A stretch of DNA of 63,210 nt, filler included, from Rhabdomonas costata (taxonomy: Eukaryota): NCBI GenBank assembly GCA_019059605.1. It is 45 parts of 45 records of this genome, joined end to end, with 100 filler letters (N's around TTAATTAATTAA, not from the genome) between each part and the next. Parts side by side here need not be neighbours in the genome. Positions count along the whole stretch, not along the records: positions 21,089 to 22,396 come from JAHMHO010019883.1; positions 22,497 to 23,803 come from JAHMHO010019884.1; positions 23,904 to 25,210 come from JAHMHO010019885.1; positions 25,311 to 26,617 come from JAHMHO010019886.1; positions 26,718 to 28,025 come from JAHMHO010019887.1; positions 28,126 to 29,432 come from JAHMHO010019888.1; positions 29,533 to 30,848 come from JAHMHO010019889.1; positions 30,949 to 32,255 come from JAHMHO010019890.1; 37 more parts are not named here. The stretch is one strand, 5' to 3'. Numbering within the stretch: the stretch's first letter is position 1; each line of letters opens with the position of its first letter. Made by a program: the position numbers and the translations under genes. Under the pieces are notes generated by a model. That model did not search any database. It saw only the letters and a program-made list of their open reading frames with translations, and was not told where the DNA came from. Shown piece by piece: positions 21,619 to 35,069 of the stretch.

Positions 21619-24600
21619 TACAATTGGGCAGCTCAGAAGCGAAGGGGAAAAAACGAGAGAGGCAGAGAAAAAAACAATAAATAACCCCTGCAACAGAGAA
21701 GATGAGGTTTCAGGAAAGAGAGCATACCGCTCATAGAATTAAAGCAAAAAAAAAAAACAAGAAACAATGCAGCCTCTCGAGTTCGAAATTGATGCTGGGA
21801 AGGGACTGCGTGGCTCCCCGTTCACGGGTTTCTCCCCGCCCTTGCTGAGGTGCAGGCTGGCGGTGCTGGGGTGCTGGCAGCACGGTGTAAGAACTTCAGA
21901 GGACAGTGAGCAAATCAGAAATTTCCTTCAACGTGACATTCCTGCGTTTTTACTCTGCAGGTTTGGTACCCTGACGAGCTACGCTGTATTTCCGCTTTTT
22001 TTTGGGTGGTGTGAAAGCCGTCTAAGAAAAGGAACCTGTCCCTCAACACCCTCCACCCACTGACTCCTGAGTTAGAGGGCAAAGCATCCTGTGTGCTCAA
22101 GGAACAGGTTCTGAAGCAATGCACTTCAACACGCGGACCTCAGAATACAAGACACCATCTTTTTAGTATCAAAGTCTGGCGCACACAACAGCCGCACAGA
22201 TGCAAAGAGAAGAGGAGAACGTGAGTGCGGGAAAACAGTACAGTTTGAAGGGAGGAACAATAACAAAAGCTTTCAAGCAGTCTACGACACAGAGAAGCAC
22301 GAAACAACGCCACGAAACCCTGGGAGTGGGAGAAACGGGGGTGTTTCCTTTACAAGGAGAGATGTGCGCAGGGAGGAAACACCCCCGTTTCCCCACNNNN
22401 NNNNNNNNNNNNNNNNNNNNNNNNNNNNNNNNNNNNNNNNTTAATTAATTAANNNNNNNNNNNNNNNNNNNNNNNNNNNNNNNNNNNNNNNNNNNNGGGG
22501 GGGTGTTTGTGAGCAGGTTCGAACATCCGAAACATCGTCATGGGCCCCGAACTCCCAAAACTCGTGGATTACTTATTTGCGGTCGCTCCCGCACGGTCTC
22601 TCCTATTACAGGTGTGTCGGCGGCCTTCGCTTTGAATGATGGGTCTGGGCATTTTGGGCATACAGCGGTTAAATTGACGCCGAAGGCTGCCGTGGGTGTG
22701 TCTCGCGGTAAAATTAACTTGGTGGCCGAAGCATGTCCGAGGTCGCCCAGAATAAATGTATGGAATTGGTCGCGGTAAGAAGGGAGACGGGTGTTCAAAA
22801 ACTTGTAAAAGGAACTGCTCCTCTACTTGAAACAAATCGATTTCGGTGTAGAGGATTTTGTGTGAAGCATGAAAAATTCCCTCGAGTCAACATTCCATTA
22901 CAATCGGGGTGAGAGCAGGGGGGGTGACTCCCAAACAAAATACCTCCAACGGCGCCTCCTTCCGGCGCCCTCCCTTTGAGATTGCGGGGAAAGTGGTTGC
23001 CGAGCGTAATCGCTAATCAAACGACGAGTGGGCCCCCCTTTTTCCCAGTGGGACCAGAGCCTGTCGCCATTTTAGCGAGCGAGCGAGCCAGCGAGAGAGA
23101 GAGAGAGGGAGGGAGGGAGGGAGAAAGGGACAGACAGACACACGCACACATGTACAACGATACCACGGACCGTAAGCAAGAAGTGAAGTAGGACAATAGC
23201 CCACTTCTCTCTTTTTGTTTTCTGAAGAGAAGGAAGGACCTGAGAAGGTCGGGTGATACAGAGGAGAGGCCAAGGGCATTGTGGGGCGTTTCCATCTTGC
23301 GGAAGGGGGGTAGCTCAGTGAGCCCGAACTATGGGTGACCGCAAGTGGCGAAAGAAAGAGAGGAGGGGAGGGGTTGAGGGGATGTCCGGAGACCCATGCC
23401 AGCGGCCAACTTTCAAAATGGTGGCAAGGCGAAACAAACTTGGTTGGGACTAGAATTGGAAAACCGGTGAATGAATTTGCTCAGCCCCACCTTGGGGTAA
23501 AGACTCATATCATATGTTCGATTTCGGGCTGGAAGCTGCGAGTCTAGGTCCCTTTTGGCAATTCGTCCCTTCCCTCCGGGCACAACTGGGAAGACGTCCC
23601 AGTTGCTCAGATGAGCTCATACCCTCTCCTTCATATTTCCCGCTACCCCGTGCACGGTAAGCCAGCGCTTTTTTTATATATCCTTTTTCCTGGCAATGTG
23701 CCGGTTCTGTCAAAAGGCAAAAGTATAACAGGGATCATTCTAAAGACCACACGAGAAACAAGCTCTCATGTTTCGGGAGATTTCGCCGCAACTACAACCA
23801 ACANNNNNNNNNNNNNNNNNNNNNNNNNNNNNNNNNNNNNNNNNNNNTTAATTAATTAANNNNNNNNNNNNNNNNNNNNNNNNNNNNNNNNNNNNNNNNN
23901 NNNGTGGTTGGTGATGAATGTCGTCGCCTTCCGTATCTCCAGTCGTTATCTTATCTTTGTTTCTGCTGCTGCTAGGGGCGCCAACGTTACTCTCACGTTC
24001 CATTGGTCGTGCATGCCCCACGCTGGGAGGATTGCAATGGCTTCCACGGAGTCCTCGTTCCTTGTGGTTCCCTCTGAATACATTGATGGGCGCCGGTCGT
24101 AGGCAGGTTGAATTTGTCAGGGACCTGAGACAGTGGACCCATGAGACAGTTATTGGGATGAACCCCAGCACGTGTCTGCCTGTGATGTCATCAATCAGTA
24201 CACTTGCCTCTGCCGTGGTACTGGTGGTGAAATTTGTGCCCCAAGCATTTTCTCATGCTTTGGTTGTTTGTGAGATTTACTTAGACGTCTTGTTGCTGAG
24301 TCCATTACAACCACTCTTCACGGATGCCGCGTTTTGCCCTTTCGTAATGGGCAACGTGACGCGGGCAGGCGAAACGAAACGTGTGACGAAAGTGCCATTA
24401 TGATTGCGGAAAACCCCTTCGTTTGGTTCGTTTACTTCTCGTACCCTCGATTTCACCAGGTTTTCCCCCAATCCAGCACGTCGTGCCCCATTTGTCCTTT
24501 TTTGTATTCCCCTCATCTTCCCTTTTGAACCACAGCATTGTTCTTTGTCAAATTTCTGGCACTGCAAGGCAATGGCTTCTTCTTTGGCGGACGTCCCGCA

Positions 24601-25310
24601 GACAGGTTGCGGACAGGTTCTGGCATCGTTGCGGGTGGTCGTTCATTCCCCTCACAGGGGGAGACTCATTATGACACGCATCGAACCAGTTCAAAAAGAC
24701 GAGTTCGAGAAGACGCGAACGGTTTGAAGAAAACCGTGAAGCGGGAGCTGGAGCGTAGGTGAAACTACTGCAGTGCTGGAAGTTTGGTAGGCACCTCCTG
24801 CGAATCCTGTACAAAGACCCGACGGCCAAGGCGGGCTCGAGCCTGGCGCGCAGTAGTGGTTGGAGACCCCAGCCTAACCCTCATTCTCAGGTAGTTACAT
24901 CACTTCAGCTTTCATGAATTATTCTGTAAGCCAAATTGTGCCCATTGCTGGTAGCGTGTGTGGGGGGGGGGTGCATTTGTGATGGTCATTTGCTGTTAAC
25001 TTTCTAAGTTGGCCAGCCCTTCGTTGTGGTGGCGTCTCTCTCGGTTTCGCTTTTCTTAAACCAGTGCTGTTCTATAGGCAAGAGTACCCTTGCCGAGCGC
25101 GCCCATTAAATTACAGCAAGAAAAATGGGGAAGTAGCCGGATTGAGCGTTCTCTCCGCAGATATGTATGGCACTCCTTTCGCAGTGACCCTTTTTTTCCT
25201 CCCCAACAAANNNNNNNNNNNNNNNNNNNNNNNNNNNNNNNNNNNNNNNNNNNNTTAATTAATTAANNNNNNNNNNNNNNNNNNNNNNNNNNNNNNNNNN
25301 NNNNNNNNNN

Positions 25311-26514
25311 GGTGTGGGGTTGGGAGCCTTCGCTCAGCTTGCCTTTAGCCTGGCCTCCCAGCAAATTACCCTCCTGCAGCGGCTGGCCGCGCTGTACGAG
25401 AGGTATCGCTCTTCCTCTCTCACGCCGTACTCGTCTTTCATCCTTATGAAAGAGACTAAAGAATTGAACTCTGAGTTTCGGGGTTTTGGCGAAAGAAAGG
25501 GGGGGGGGGAACAAAAAGGAATAAGGATCGAAAAAAGCGATCTATATTAAATCCGGACTATCTTTTGTGGTGGAAGTTTCAAAATGGCATGGGTCTTTCT
25601 CCCTTCCCTCCCGTACGCCCCTGTCAGTCCCCGCCCTGCGTCCTACCCGTACGTCTTTTCAGGTACGGCCACCACAAGATGCTCAACTCGTACTTCTTCA
25701 GCCCGACCCCAGAAGCCATGGCAGCGGTCTTCGCGCATGTCAGGGGGGTGTTCCGGGCGGACGCAAGCTTCGCTCCCTTCACCATTGGGGCGTCAGGGCG
25801 GTCCTTCACTGTGACTCATGTGCGGGTACGGAGTAGCCTACCCAGCGTTTTCCATCAATCATTTCTATAGAAAGTGTAAAAAGGGTGTCTTCGCCCAACC
25901 TCCTGAGGTGATGCCCAGCAGAAAAAGGAGAGGAATTAGGGTGATTTGTGATTAAAACCTGCGCAAAGGAAGATATGGCTCCCCAATGTACGGCGTTTAC
26001 CTCGGGAAAATGCCACATCTGGTGAATTGTGGCTGAGGCGGGATTTGGGAACTTGTTGTGAGTTATGTTTTTTCGTTCCTCCTGCAAATCCTTTTTTTCA
26101 TATGCAAAACATTTGAAATTCTGAACTTGTTGGTTTGGTATTGCAGTCCCTCCATCAGATGTGTTCCCTTGGACGCAGTCCCCGTCTCTGTCGGTTCAGG
26201 CCTCTTCCTCTTGTGTCTCCAGGACTTGACCCAGGGGTTTGACAGCGGCGCAGCAGACCACAAGCCTGTGCTTCCAGTCGACCCCTCGACTCACATGCTG
26301 ACCTTCACCTTCGAGGACGGCAGCGTGTGCACCCTCAGAGGCAGTGGAACGGAGCCGAAACTCAAGTACTACATCGAGGTATTGCCCCTTTTACAGATCG
26401 TTGTGAAACGCAGACACACACACAGTAACAGTGGCTTTTATCTGTGGTGTTTGCTAGTCTCAGTAGGCAAGTGGTCCCTTTGTTGGCGAAACTCCAGACG
26501 TTCCACACACAGTG
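25311..26514 (+). CDS. PGM2: Phosphoglucomutase-2/phosphopentomutase family, C-terminal part; exons 25311-25402, 25663-25825, 26223-26378, possibly 26467-26514
   Basis: Spliced LYER|YGHHKMLNSYFF...VTHVR|DLTQGFDS...LPVDPSTHMLTFTFEDGSVCTLRGSGTEPKLKYYIE contains the PGM domain IV motif TLRGSGTEPKLKYY. Confidence 0.92.
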
Positions 26515-26564
26515 GTGAGCAGTCTTGATCTTCCTTTCGCTTTTGTGCGCGTCAGTCTTCTTTC

Positions 26565-26611
26565 GGGTAGGCCCCGAACCTGCTTTGCAATGGCAGGTTC
26601 GGGGCCTACCC
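26565..26611. repeat. Perfect 19-bp inverted repeat at a contig end (probable fold-back artefact)
   Basis: gggtaggccccgaacctgc, a 9-nt loop, then gcaggttcggggcctaccc, followed immediately by the C/A contig tail. Confidence 0.85.
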
Positions 26612-27554
26612 CAACAANNNNNNNNNNNNNNNNNNNNNNNNNNNNNNNNNNNNNNNNNNNNTTAATTAATTAANNNNNNNNNNNNNNNNNNNNNNNNNNN
26701 NNNNNNNNNNNNNNNNNGACAGTGAGAGAAAGGATTGGGAAGGAAAGTGGAAAAGAAGCAAAAAGCAGGAAGGCACGGCAAGCGAAAGGCACATGAGAAA
26801 GGAGAGAAGCCAGCGAGCAGAGAGGAGAAGAGATCAAGCGCACCCGAGATATAAGAAGAGAGGCGCTCAAGACGGGCAAGGCTTGAGGCAAGACAATGAC
26901 TAAACAGAAGGCCAAGCTAAAGGAGATAAAGGCTTACGAGGATAAAGGAAATCCTCGATGCGCATGTGCACGCGTGTGTTGAGGTTTTGTCCAGCGAGGA
27001 TCGGCGATGTCAAGATCCTGCAGAATGGAGAAAGTTCACAACGAGAGGATGGAGGATTAAAAGAGAAACAAGTCTGTGTTATTTAACGCCGATTTCAAGA
27101 GATTAGTAGAAAGATCCCGATAAAGGTCTGAAAACCGACGTCTGACGTCGGATGCTTTTTTGTTGAGAGTTGGGAAATGCGTAAGCGGACGGCTGGGCAG
27201 AGGCAAGATCTCCAGGACACCACCTCACAGCTGAACCCTCGAAAGCAAAGGCCTTTGAAACGAGCAGCCAGAAGAAGTCACAGCAAGAGAAGTCCAGCTA
27301 AACCACACGCTTTGCCCAAGACCCCGGACCCACCTCAGCTAAAGAGCCCCCCACCCCCAGCTAGAGCAAGCAAGCGCGGAGCCGAAGAGCCAGACGCCAT
27401 ACACACACAAGCCAGAAGCCAAAGATATAGCCCACGCCGCGGCGACAGACCGCAGCGCACAAAGAGAGGAAGCCAAACAGGGATCGGGATAAACTCAGCC
27501 TCGTTCTGGGTGTTTCCACACAGGTAAACCGCGGCAGCGCACACTTAGTGCAAG

Positions 27555-28003
27555 CTAAGTCGGGATACAGGCTTTCCGAAGCGGAGCCCAGAGCCACGAC
27601 CACCCGACCACCCGCAAGAGGTAGGAGGCACGTAAGAGGCTCGGCGGACAGACGGCGTGTGACATCCCTTCGGTGACGCTCTGGACCCCGCAATGGTGGC
27701 ATCGTGTCCCTTCCTCGATGCCAGGGAGGCCACGTAGCCATGCTAGGGCTGCGCGGAACTGACTGGGCGCCATAGATACCCAGGGATTAGATATAGTGAG
27801 CCAGCTTGTCGTGCGGGAACTGAAGAGACAGCAGGCGTTCCTTGGCGTCCCACCCCAAGCTTGCGAAGAATTGTGCTTTGGTTTCCTCGTGGAGCTCGAG
27901 TGTCAAGACGTGCTGGAAGTTCGGGTTGTGGCCGTGACGGCTTTGTTTTCCCGCACTGCTGCGCATAGAATCGCGCGGCTCTAGCAATTTCCGCTTTCAG
28001 CAT
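27555..28003 (-). mobile_element. Possible decayed non-LTR (LINE-like) retrotransposon 3' region
   Basis: Frameshifted, stop-interrupted reading frames. One encodes RCHHCGVQSVTEGMSHAVC (~27645-27703), resembling the CCHC knuckle downstream of LINE RT. No RT motif is visible. Confidence 0.3.
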
Positions 28004-30130
28004 GATTGGGTTATTCTGCTGCTGTNNNNNNNNNNNNNNNNNNNNNNNNNNNNNNNNNNNNNNNNNNNNTTAATTAATTAANNNNNNNNNNNNNNNNNNN
28101 NNNNNNNNNNNNNNNNNNNNNNNNNGGGTGTTGTTGAGCTGTGAACTAGTGCTTTTTTGCGCCCGTCCTGACAGTGCACGGGGTTAGGTGGTGATGCATC
28201 TTTCCAGGATGGCCCAAAATCATGGGTGCTTTCATTTGTTGTACCTGTGTGTACGGGTTACAGCGCGTTGTGGGGTGGGGGCTTTATTGCACTGGCTGTT
28301 CTGGTGAGAGCGGGTAGCAGTACCTTCTACCACCGTACCACCCGCACCCCATCCTGCGTATAGCGTTCTTCTTTGTGTGCTGGGATGGTTTTTGGTGGCA
28401 CTTCTATTTCGAATGTGTCGAAAGAGCGGGAGTCTTTCTCGTTTTTTTTTCTGGGATGCGACTACATGGGTCCTTGTGCTTCAGGATTGTGCAGAAGCAC
28501 AATGTATGCGGGCGGCCTCCCCCATTTTCGGAGGGAGTGAGGCACTGGCATTTTCCTTCCGCCCAATAGGATTGCGTATCTGAGCTGGTGGTGTGCACCT
28601 ACTCCGCAGAACCGGTTCGGGCTTCCCTCGCCTTGCCTGCCGCGGTGGCCCAGGCGCCGGCCTCTCCTCGAGGCGGCCGTTGGGAAAGGGCAGGAATGAA
28701 GGATGTGCGGCCCGACAACACGAGGCGTGGTACCCGTGCTGTAATCCGGAAAGCTCACCACGTGCCTACTGAAAACAATCGACTCGCTCAAAAGGCTTAC
28801 AGGCATTAGCAGCCTGCTTCGGTTTGGGGGTTGGTGCCGCTTCTTTTTGCCGCCGCAACCCAGGAGCGTTTCCATTCTGTTGGGGATGCACATTACCTTT
28901 ACAGAATTTTGAATCGGACGCTGTTGCAGGATTGTGGATCTTGTGGGCCTGACGCCAATGCGGCAAGGCCCAGTGTGGCCAGTTGAGAACTCTTACCGTG
29001 CGGTGGGTTCCGGTGGCATGACTGCGGGCACTCATAAAAGGTTCTGGTTCAAGCGAAAATGATGCGTCCTCAGAGCTGCCGTTTAGCCACGTTTGAGAGT
29101 AAAAGTGTCTCACACCCCATTGATATGGATATAGGCTATGGTCCCGCTATGGTCCTCTTGTCCATTTCAAACTTTCACCCATGTGTGTGAATCGATAGTG
29201 CTTTTCAACGACTGGTTCTTGGCTGATAGGATAGGTCCCTGCTTCTGATGTCCATTCACCCGCTATGCATTTTTAATTGCAAATTTTCACCAGGTGCGCC
29301 AGAAGGTTTCGATTTCCAGTTCCACCATAAAACGAGAAAGCCTGGCTACCTGGATGCTAACCCCTTCGACCCTCCAACTGCCTGTAATTCGTGTTTCCAG
29401 AGCAAGCTCGGCAGGCCAAGTTCGGATTGCTCNNNNNNNNNNNNNNNNNNNNNNNNNNNNNNNNNNNNNNNNNNNNTTAATTAATTAANNNNNNNNNNNN
29501 NNNNNNNNNNNNNNNNNNNNNNNNNNNNNNNNGAGGTTGAGAAAGACAAAACCAGGCTTTCCCACCCCCAAAAGCAGAGGGTTCTCCACCTCTTACTCCC
29601 GCGACAGCAGCACAACTGAAGCACACACGGAAACCCGAGAAGCCACCCTCCGAGAAGCCACCCTCCACCCCTTTCCGCCATCTTGGCACTTGGTGCAAAG
29701 ATTGCGGACGTACCACCTTCCGCCCTCCGCCCCATTGGGCCATTCCTCTTCAGTACCCAAGCGAGTCGCAGACGGTCGAGAAAGGGAGAGAGAGAGTCAG
29801 AGAAAGAGCCACTGTTCTTGTGAGTGTGTTGTCCGAGGGAGAGTGATGACGTGAGACGAGACGATGCCGAGAGGCAAGCAGTTCGTTTGCAGCTTGGGCT
29901 TCACTTGCTCGGGTCGTGGAACATGTGGACGAAGCAAAGGGGACAGCGAAGCTCGCTGCTCCGCGAACAGACACAGGAAGAAAATCTCGGCATTTGCAGG
30001 CTAACGCCCGCACACATAGCAGCACAGCACAGGAATTCAGCTCTAAATGTTTGTGAAGGTGTGTCCCCAGCAGGTGGCAGTTTTCCACACGGAAAGGATG
30101 CAGCACACAATGTGTTGCATTGCGCTAATT

Positions 30131-30132
<2 letters not shown>

Positions 30133-30189
<57 letters not shown>
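30133..30189 (+). repeat. (CA)n microsatellite
   Basis: Uninterrupted CA run of about 57 bp. Confidence 0.98.
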
Positions 30190-30192
<3 letters not shown>

Positions 30193-33100
30193 CGCATACG
30201 CACAGGCCGGCTAGAAAAGCAAGCAGGCCTACACCGCAACATAAGGAAAGAAATTGAGGTGCGTACGCAGTGACCCAAGCTAAAGGAGTGAGCCACTGCA
30301 AGTACGTGCGCGCAAAGCAGGTGTGTTTGTATGCTTGCACGATGTGCTCTCTCGCTGCAAGTGCACGAACCAACCTTCCCCAAGGGGCGCATGCCTTCTG
30401 CACGCTGCCCCTCCATTATCATTCCATGGACATGGGAACTTGTCCGCCCAGGAACCTCCGCTTAAATCTGTGTTCCTGGCTTCATTTAAGTGTTGCTTTG
30501 CCCCATCACAAGGGAGTGAAACCGAACAACCGAGAAACTCAACGAAAAAGGTGAAAAGTTTGAAAGGAGCACTGCCTTCAAAGGGGATCACCAAAGCAGG
30601 ACACAGCACGGAAAAACCAAAGCAAACAGAGACAGAGAAAAGGAAGGAGAATGAGAGAGAGGGCTAGCAAGAACAAGAACGCACAACAGATCCGGAAGAG
30701 AAAAAGGAGGAGGAGGAACTGGGGATTGTGGGAGAAAGGATGTGAGAAAGTGCGGGAAGAGGAAGGAGGGAGAAAATTCATGGGTTCTCGAGGAACTCCT
30801 GCCTCCTGCGGTGGTTGCGGTGAGAGCGAAACGCTTTTAAACAACAAANNNNNNNNNNNNNNNNNNNNNNNNNNNNNNNNNNNNNNNNNNNNTTAATTAA
30901 TTAANNNNNNNNNNNNNNNNNNNNNNNNNNNNNNNNNNNNNNNNNNNNCCCCCCCCCCCCCGGAGAAGGCCCTGTGCGCTTGCGAGTATGCCTGCCTCTT
31001 CTCCTTGCTTCTGCCGCCACCTGAAAGGCAGGAGAGCTGAACTTCTCTGGAGACCCGTCTGCTTGAGAAAGCGTGCTTCCTGATGGCTTCCTTGAAAATA
31101 CTGTTCGATCTCATAGAAACTGTCCCATCCCTCCGCAGTATGATATAGCTCGCTGCCCCGTAAACTGAAAGCTTTTAACCTCGGCACAACACAGAATGAC
31201 CCCGAAGGACAACCGGCATAAATATAGGCGAAAAAGACGTCTGTTCGAAATGTCACACGCTAAATTCTCGGTTTCGGGGTGTTACTTGCCTTATTATAGG
31301 CTGTGCATGTCAAAGCCGGTGAGAAGTGTGTTCTTTTCATCTTGTTCAAAGTTTGCTGGATTCTTGTGCTGTCTGACTTCTGCTCATCTCTTATTGTTTC
31401 TCATTGTGGGTGGAATATTGCTGCCGTTGGATGTCTGTGGACGTTTTCTATTATGATGAAGTCTCTCTGCTTCAGGGTCATATTTATTTGCTTCGCATCA
31501 AAGAATGTTTCTCAGGGGCTATGTGCGAGATCCGTACTCCCCCGCAGGTATGCCTGGCGAAGAACCCCCCCTTTCCCGATCACGGTCCATTGTTAGCTGG
31601 CTTTATGCTTTATTTTGTTGGTGCGGAGTGAGAGGGAGGAAGTTGTCATCGTTCTTCCCGATCTCAGGAATCAAAGAATTGGATTGCCGTCCACTTCTCT
31701 TGGAGGGAGTTCTGAAGGCTCGTCCAGCAGGATCTTCTTTCATCTGGTGTGTATGTGCGTGTGTGTGTGTGTTAATGGTGTGATTGCCGCCAGTGTTTCC
31801 ATGATCGTTTGGATCACCTTCTATGGCCATGAGGATGTCAGAATGATGTTAGAAGCGGCTAGAAGCGGAAAAAGCTTGGCGGAAATTATCTGTCTCACTC
31901 AGAAGCCAAGCGGTCCGCCTGCATCGCCTTTCACCATTCCCTGCAACCGAACGAGTATTTCCACACTCCAAAAGGGGGAATAGGCCACAGTCAACCCAGA
32001 GAGGGCAATGTCGCGTGCCCACGATGAATGAATGCAAAAGAGCGTATTTTCTTTGTGCCATGTGAAGGGAAGGCCAGGTCTGCACTGACGAGCTGCATTA
32101 TCCACCCAATTATTCATTGTTTTTTTCCACTGTTCTCCTCTAACTCGTCCGGTCAGCCCATCCCAACAAGCCCTCCTCCATTCTGCACTCCTGCCGCGCC
32201 GAAACGCGTCGTGCAGGACCCTGCCAGCTGCCAGCGTTGCACTTCCCCACAAACCNNNNNNNNNNNNNNNNNNNNNNNNNNNNNNNNNNNNNNNNNNNNT
32301 TAATTAATTAANNNNNNNNNNNNNNNNNNNNNNNNNNNNNNNNNNNNNNNNNNNNGTGTTGGGTGTGGTTGGTGTTTGTGTGGCAAGGACTGATGTGCGG
32401 TGCGTAATTGAGTGGTTGTTCCCTGATCAAGCGCGTGCGCTCGTGTGTGTTTTGCTGTAGCGGGGGCTGGTGCTCTAAGTCACTTGCATCTCTTAAAAGC
32501 CGTTAAAGTAATGCAGGCCCTCGCCCCTTCAGCTTCCGCGTCTTCCCGCCGGGAGGCCCCCTCCAGCTGGGCGGATTGGTTCCGCTATGAGGCCCTGGCC
32601 ACTGCGTTGGCCCGGAACCGCTTTGCGTTCGTACTGTGCTGGGCCGTCGTGGCCAGCACCCTGCTGCTCTCCCGCGGCGGGGTGGGCGTCCGGCAAGGGG
32701 TGGCTGGGGGAATGCCCATACACAGGGCGCCTGTAGAAGGAGCGGTGAAGCGGCGTTTGGAGAGTGACTCCTTGGCCATCTCAAATCAGCTATCCGCGGG
32801 GCGTACTATCAGCTGCAGGGGAGGGTCCCCTGACGTGATCAGTTTTCATATTCCATATTTTTCATATTAACGTCGTACCCAACAGGTTGAAGCAGAGTAC
32901 GGCTGCCAAAATTGTTATTTTTGCACGCGAATGGCAGGAAGAATCTCTTGGGAAACGTCTGACAAAGTAGCTGAGGCCAGATGAGGGGGTCTTACCGAGC
33001 CCATAATGATGTTGGCGCTCGATCACGATTAGGTGACGTTTCAGGGGAGCACAAGGATGTTGCGGCATGAATGATGTTGGAAAGAAGAAGAGGGTCGAAG

Positions 33101-33205
33101 CGCACGGTCTGGCGCGCGTTGTCTGTGTTCAGTCTGCCCCACAACTCTCTTCCTTCGTCAATCGAACCCTTGGCTTGGCGCCAGTTCTCATTGTCTGGGG
33201 TGGTC

Positions 33206-33256
33206 GGAATAATAGAAAGGAAATGGAATAATAGAAAGGAAATGGAATAATAGAAA
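33206..33256 (+). repeat. 19-bp tandem repeat, about 2.7 copies
   Basis: (ggaataatagaaaggaaat)x2 followed by ggaataatagaaa. Confidence 0.95.
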
Positions 33257-33493
33257 TCCACGTTATAACCGTCGGACGACAAAAGTTATGGATCAGTGTG
33301 CAAAGTCAGTGTGCAATCGAGTAAAAAGCTACAGAGGTTAGCGTGCACCTAGAAAATGAGACGGGTGCAAATAGCCCTCTATGCGCAAGATGCAAAATAA
33401 CGGGTAAACTAATGACTTTTTTGACGGTGCTTTTTTTCGAAGCAATGGGGGTGTGTGAGGGAAGAGAAGGCGATATATCGCGACATTGAGAGC

Positions 33494-33657
33494 TGTGGTA
33501 TTTTGGGTGTGGTGCGGCTGACCCCTCCAGCTGAAAATATGCCCTTCATCGTTGCCTCGGGCGGGGGTGCCAGGGGGCCCCGTCCTTCAGACTGCCTCCC
33601 TGCGAAGGGCATATTTTCAGCTGGAGGGGTCAGCCGCACCACACCCAAAATACCACA
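33494..33657. repeat. Perfect 54-bp inverted repeat with a 56-bp spacer at a contig end
   Basis: 33494-33547 is the exact reverse complement of 33604-33657. Confidence 0.95.
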
Positions 33658-34127
33658 CCAACNNNNNNNNNNNNNNNNNNNNNNNNNNNNNNNNNNNNNN
33701 NNNNNNTTAATTAATTAANNNNNNNNNNNNNNNNNNNNNNNNNNNNNNNNNNNNNNNNNNNNGGTGGTGGGGAGGGAGGGAGGGAGGAAGGGACGCAGGG
33801 ATGGCTGCGAGAAAGCTGGCAAGGCAAACGCTAAATTTTCAAAAACAGCACCTCACTATAGAATAGAGCGGGGTATCAGTGGTGACAGGCAACCGCACCA
33901 CCACCGCAAAATAACAGCCGCTTGGCAATACAGCACAAAGCGCGAGATGCCTTTGCAAAAGACCCGAGATAGTCCAGCCTAAAAACAGTGCATGCTTAAA
34001 GTAAGCCATCCAGCGGGAACATAACCTTTGCGTGAGGTCTGGGTCCTGGTAGTCCTGGCACAGCCCCGTCAAGGCACCGGGCCCGGCACTCACAACACTC
34101 TTCTTGGAACCCGCCCATTTCGGAAAC

Positions 34128-35069
34128 TCAGTGCGTCACCAGGCTTCTCGTGATCCACTCCTCAATCACCACTGCTATAAACCCGATGAAGAGATAGACA
34201 TTGACGTGCCAGTGCTCGTGGGCCTCGCTCTCGTGAACCTCGTGAAGAAGTTCCTGAGAGCCCAACAAAGAACAGAACGTCCTGCAGGGAGGGAGTGCTA
34301 ACCTGCAAATAACAAATCGTCTCCCAAGGGATCCCTACGAAACGTCCTCCCCGTCTACAGGCCACAGTTGTCCTTAGGTACCAAATGAACCCTTAAACGA
34401 TAGCCGCCTGCCATCTCCATCTCCAGCTGGGAAGGTCACAAACAAGGCATACTGGAGATGTATTTTACTGGAGGCAGGATCAGGCCCAACGAAGGGAAAG
34501 GACTGACCGGTTCCCACGAAATGTGGAAAGCCAAGGCTGAGGACAACTAATGCAATCCATATGGGGAAGAAACCTGACCGAGAGTGGGTTTCGGGATATA
34601 GCACGCGTGTCAACTACCATCGTCACCAAGAAGAGCAGGGCGACCACCCCGAACCCGATCAGGCCCAAGAAGACGGGGCGGTCCGTCTCCAGCATGTGCG
34701 CGGTGGCGCTGCCCAGAAAGGCCCCTACTGTCATCAGCAGCGGGGGCACGGTGGCGATCACGGCGCCTTTCTTCCCAAATGCGTTCATTCCGGCGCTGAA
34801 CGTCACCCCTAAAACGGCTGCACCAACAAAAAACAAACAGACAAGGTTGCACTTCATTCGCCAAATAAGAAAAAAGTGCCTGGCCCAAACATTTTTTGAA
34901 AACCCCATTCGAAAGAGAGCAAACTCTCTAGCTTTTGTGAGTAACCACTTCTCATTGAAAACATGCACACCCATCTCCACAGCGGTGGCGATTGCCATGA
35001 TGACCCCGGCGTGAGTGTTCGCAATGTAGGCGATGCCCAAGAGAAGCCCGTCCATCAGCCCGTTGATGA
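34128..35069 (-). CDS. ZIP-family (ZupT-like) zinc/metal transporter, C-terminal half; exons 34971-35069, 34618-34817, 34128-34253
   Basis: Spliced MDGLLLGIAY...GVIMAIATAVEM|AVLGVTFS...FLGLIGFGVVALLFLVTM|ELLHEVHESEAHEHWHVNVYLFIGFIAVV...TH*. It has the ZIP TM4 'DGL.lG', TM5 'E' and TM7 'LL.LV..ELL.E.HE' signatures. Confidence 0.85.

Noticed and set aside
21693-21703. ACAGAGAAGAT matching the U6 snRNA core
   Set aside because: The sequence diverges immediately (no TAGCATGG) and the flanks are not U6-like.
23305-23352. GGGGGGTAGCTCAGTG resembling a tRNA 5' end/A-box
   Set aside because: No B-box (GTTCRA) at the proper distance and no cloverleaf pairing.
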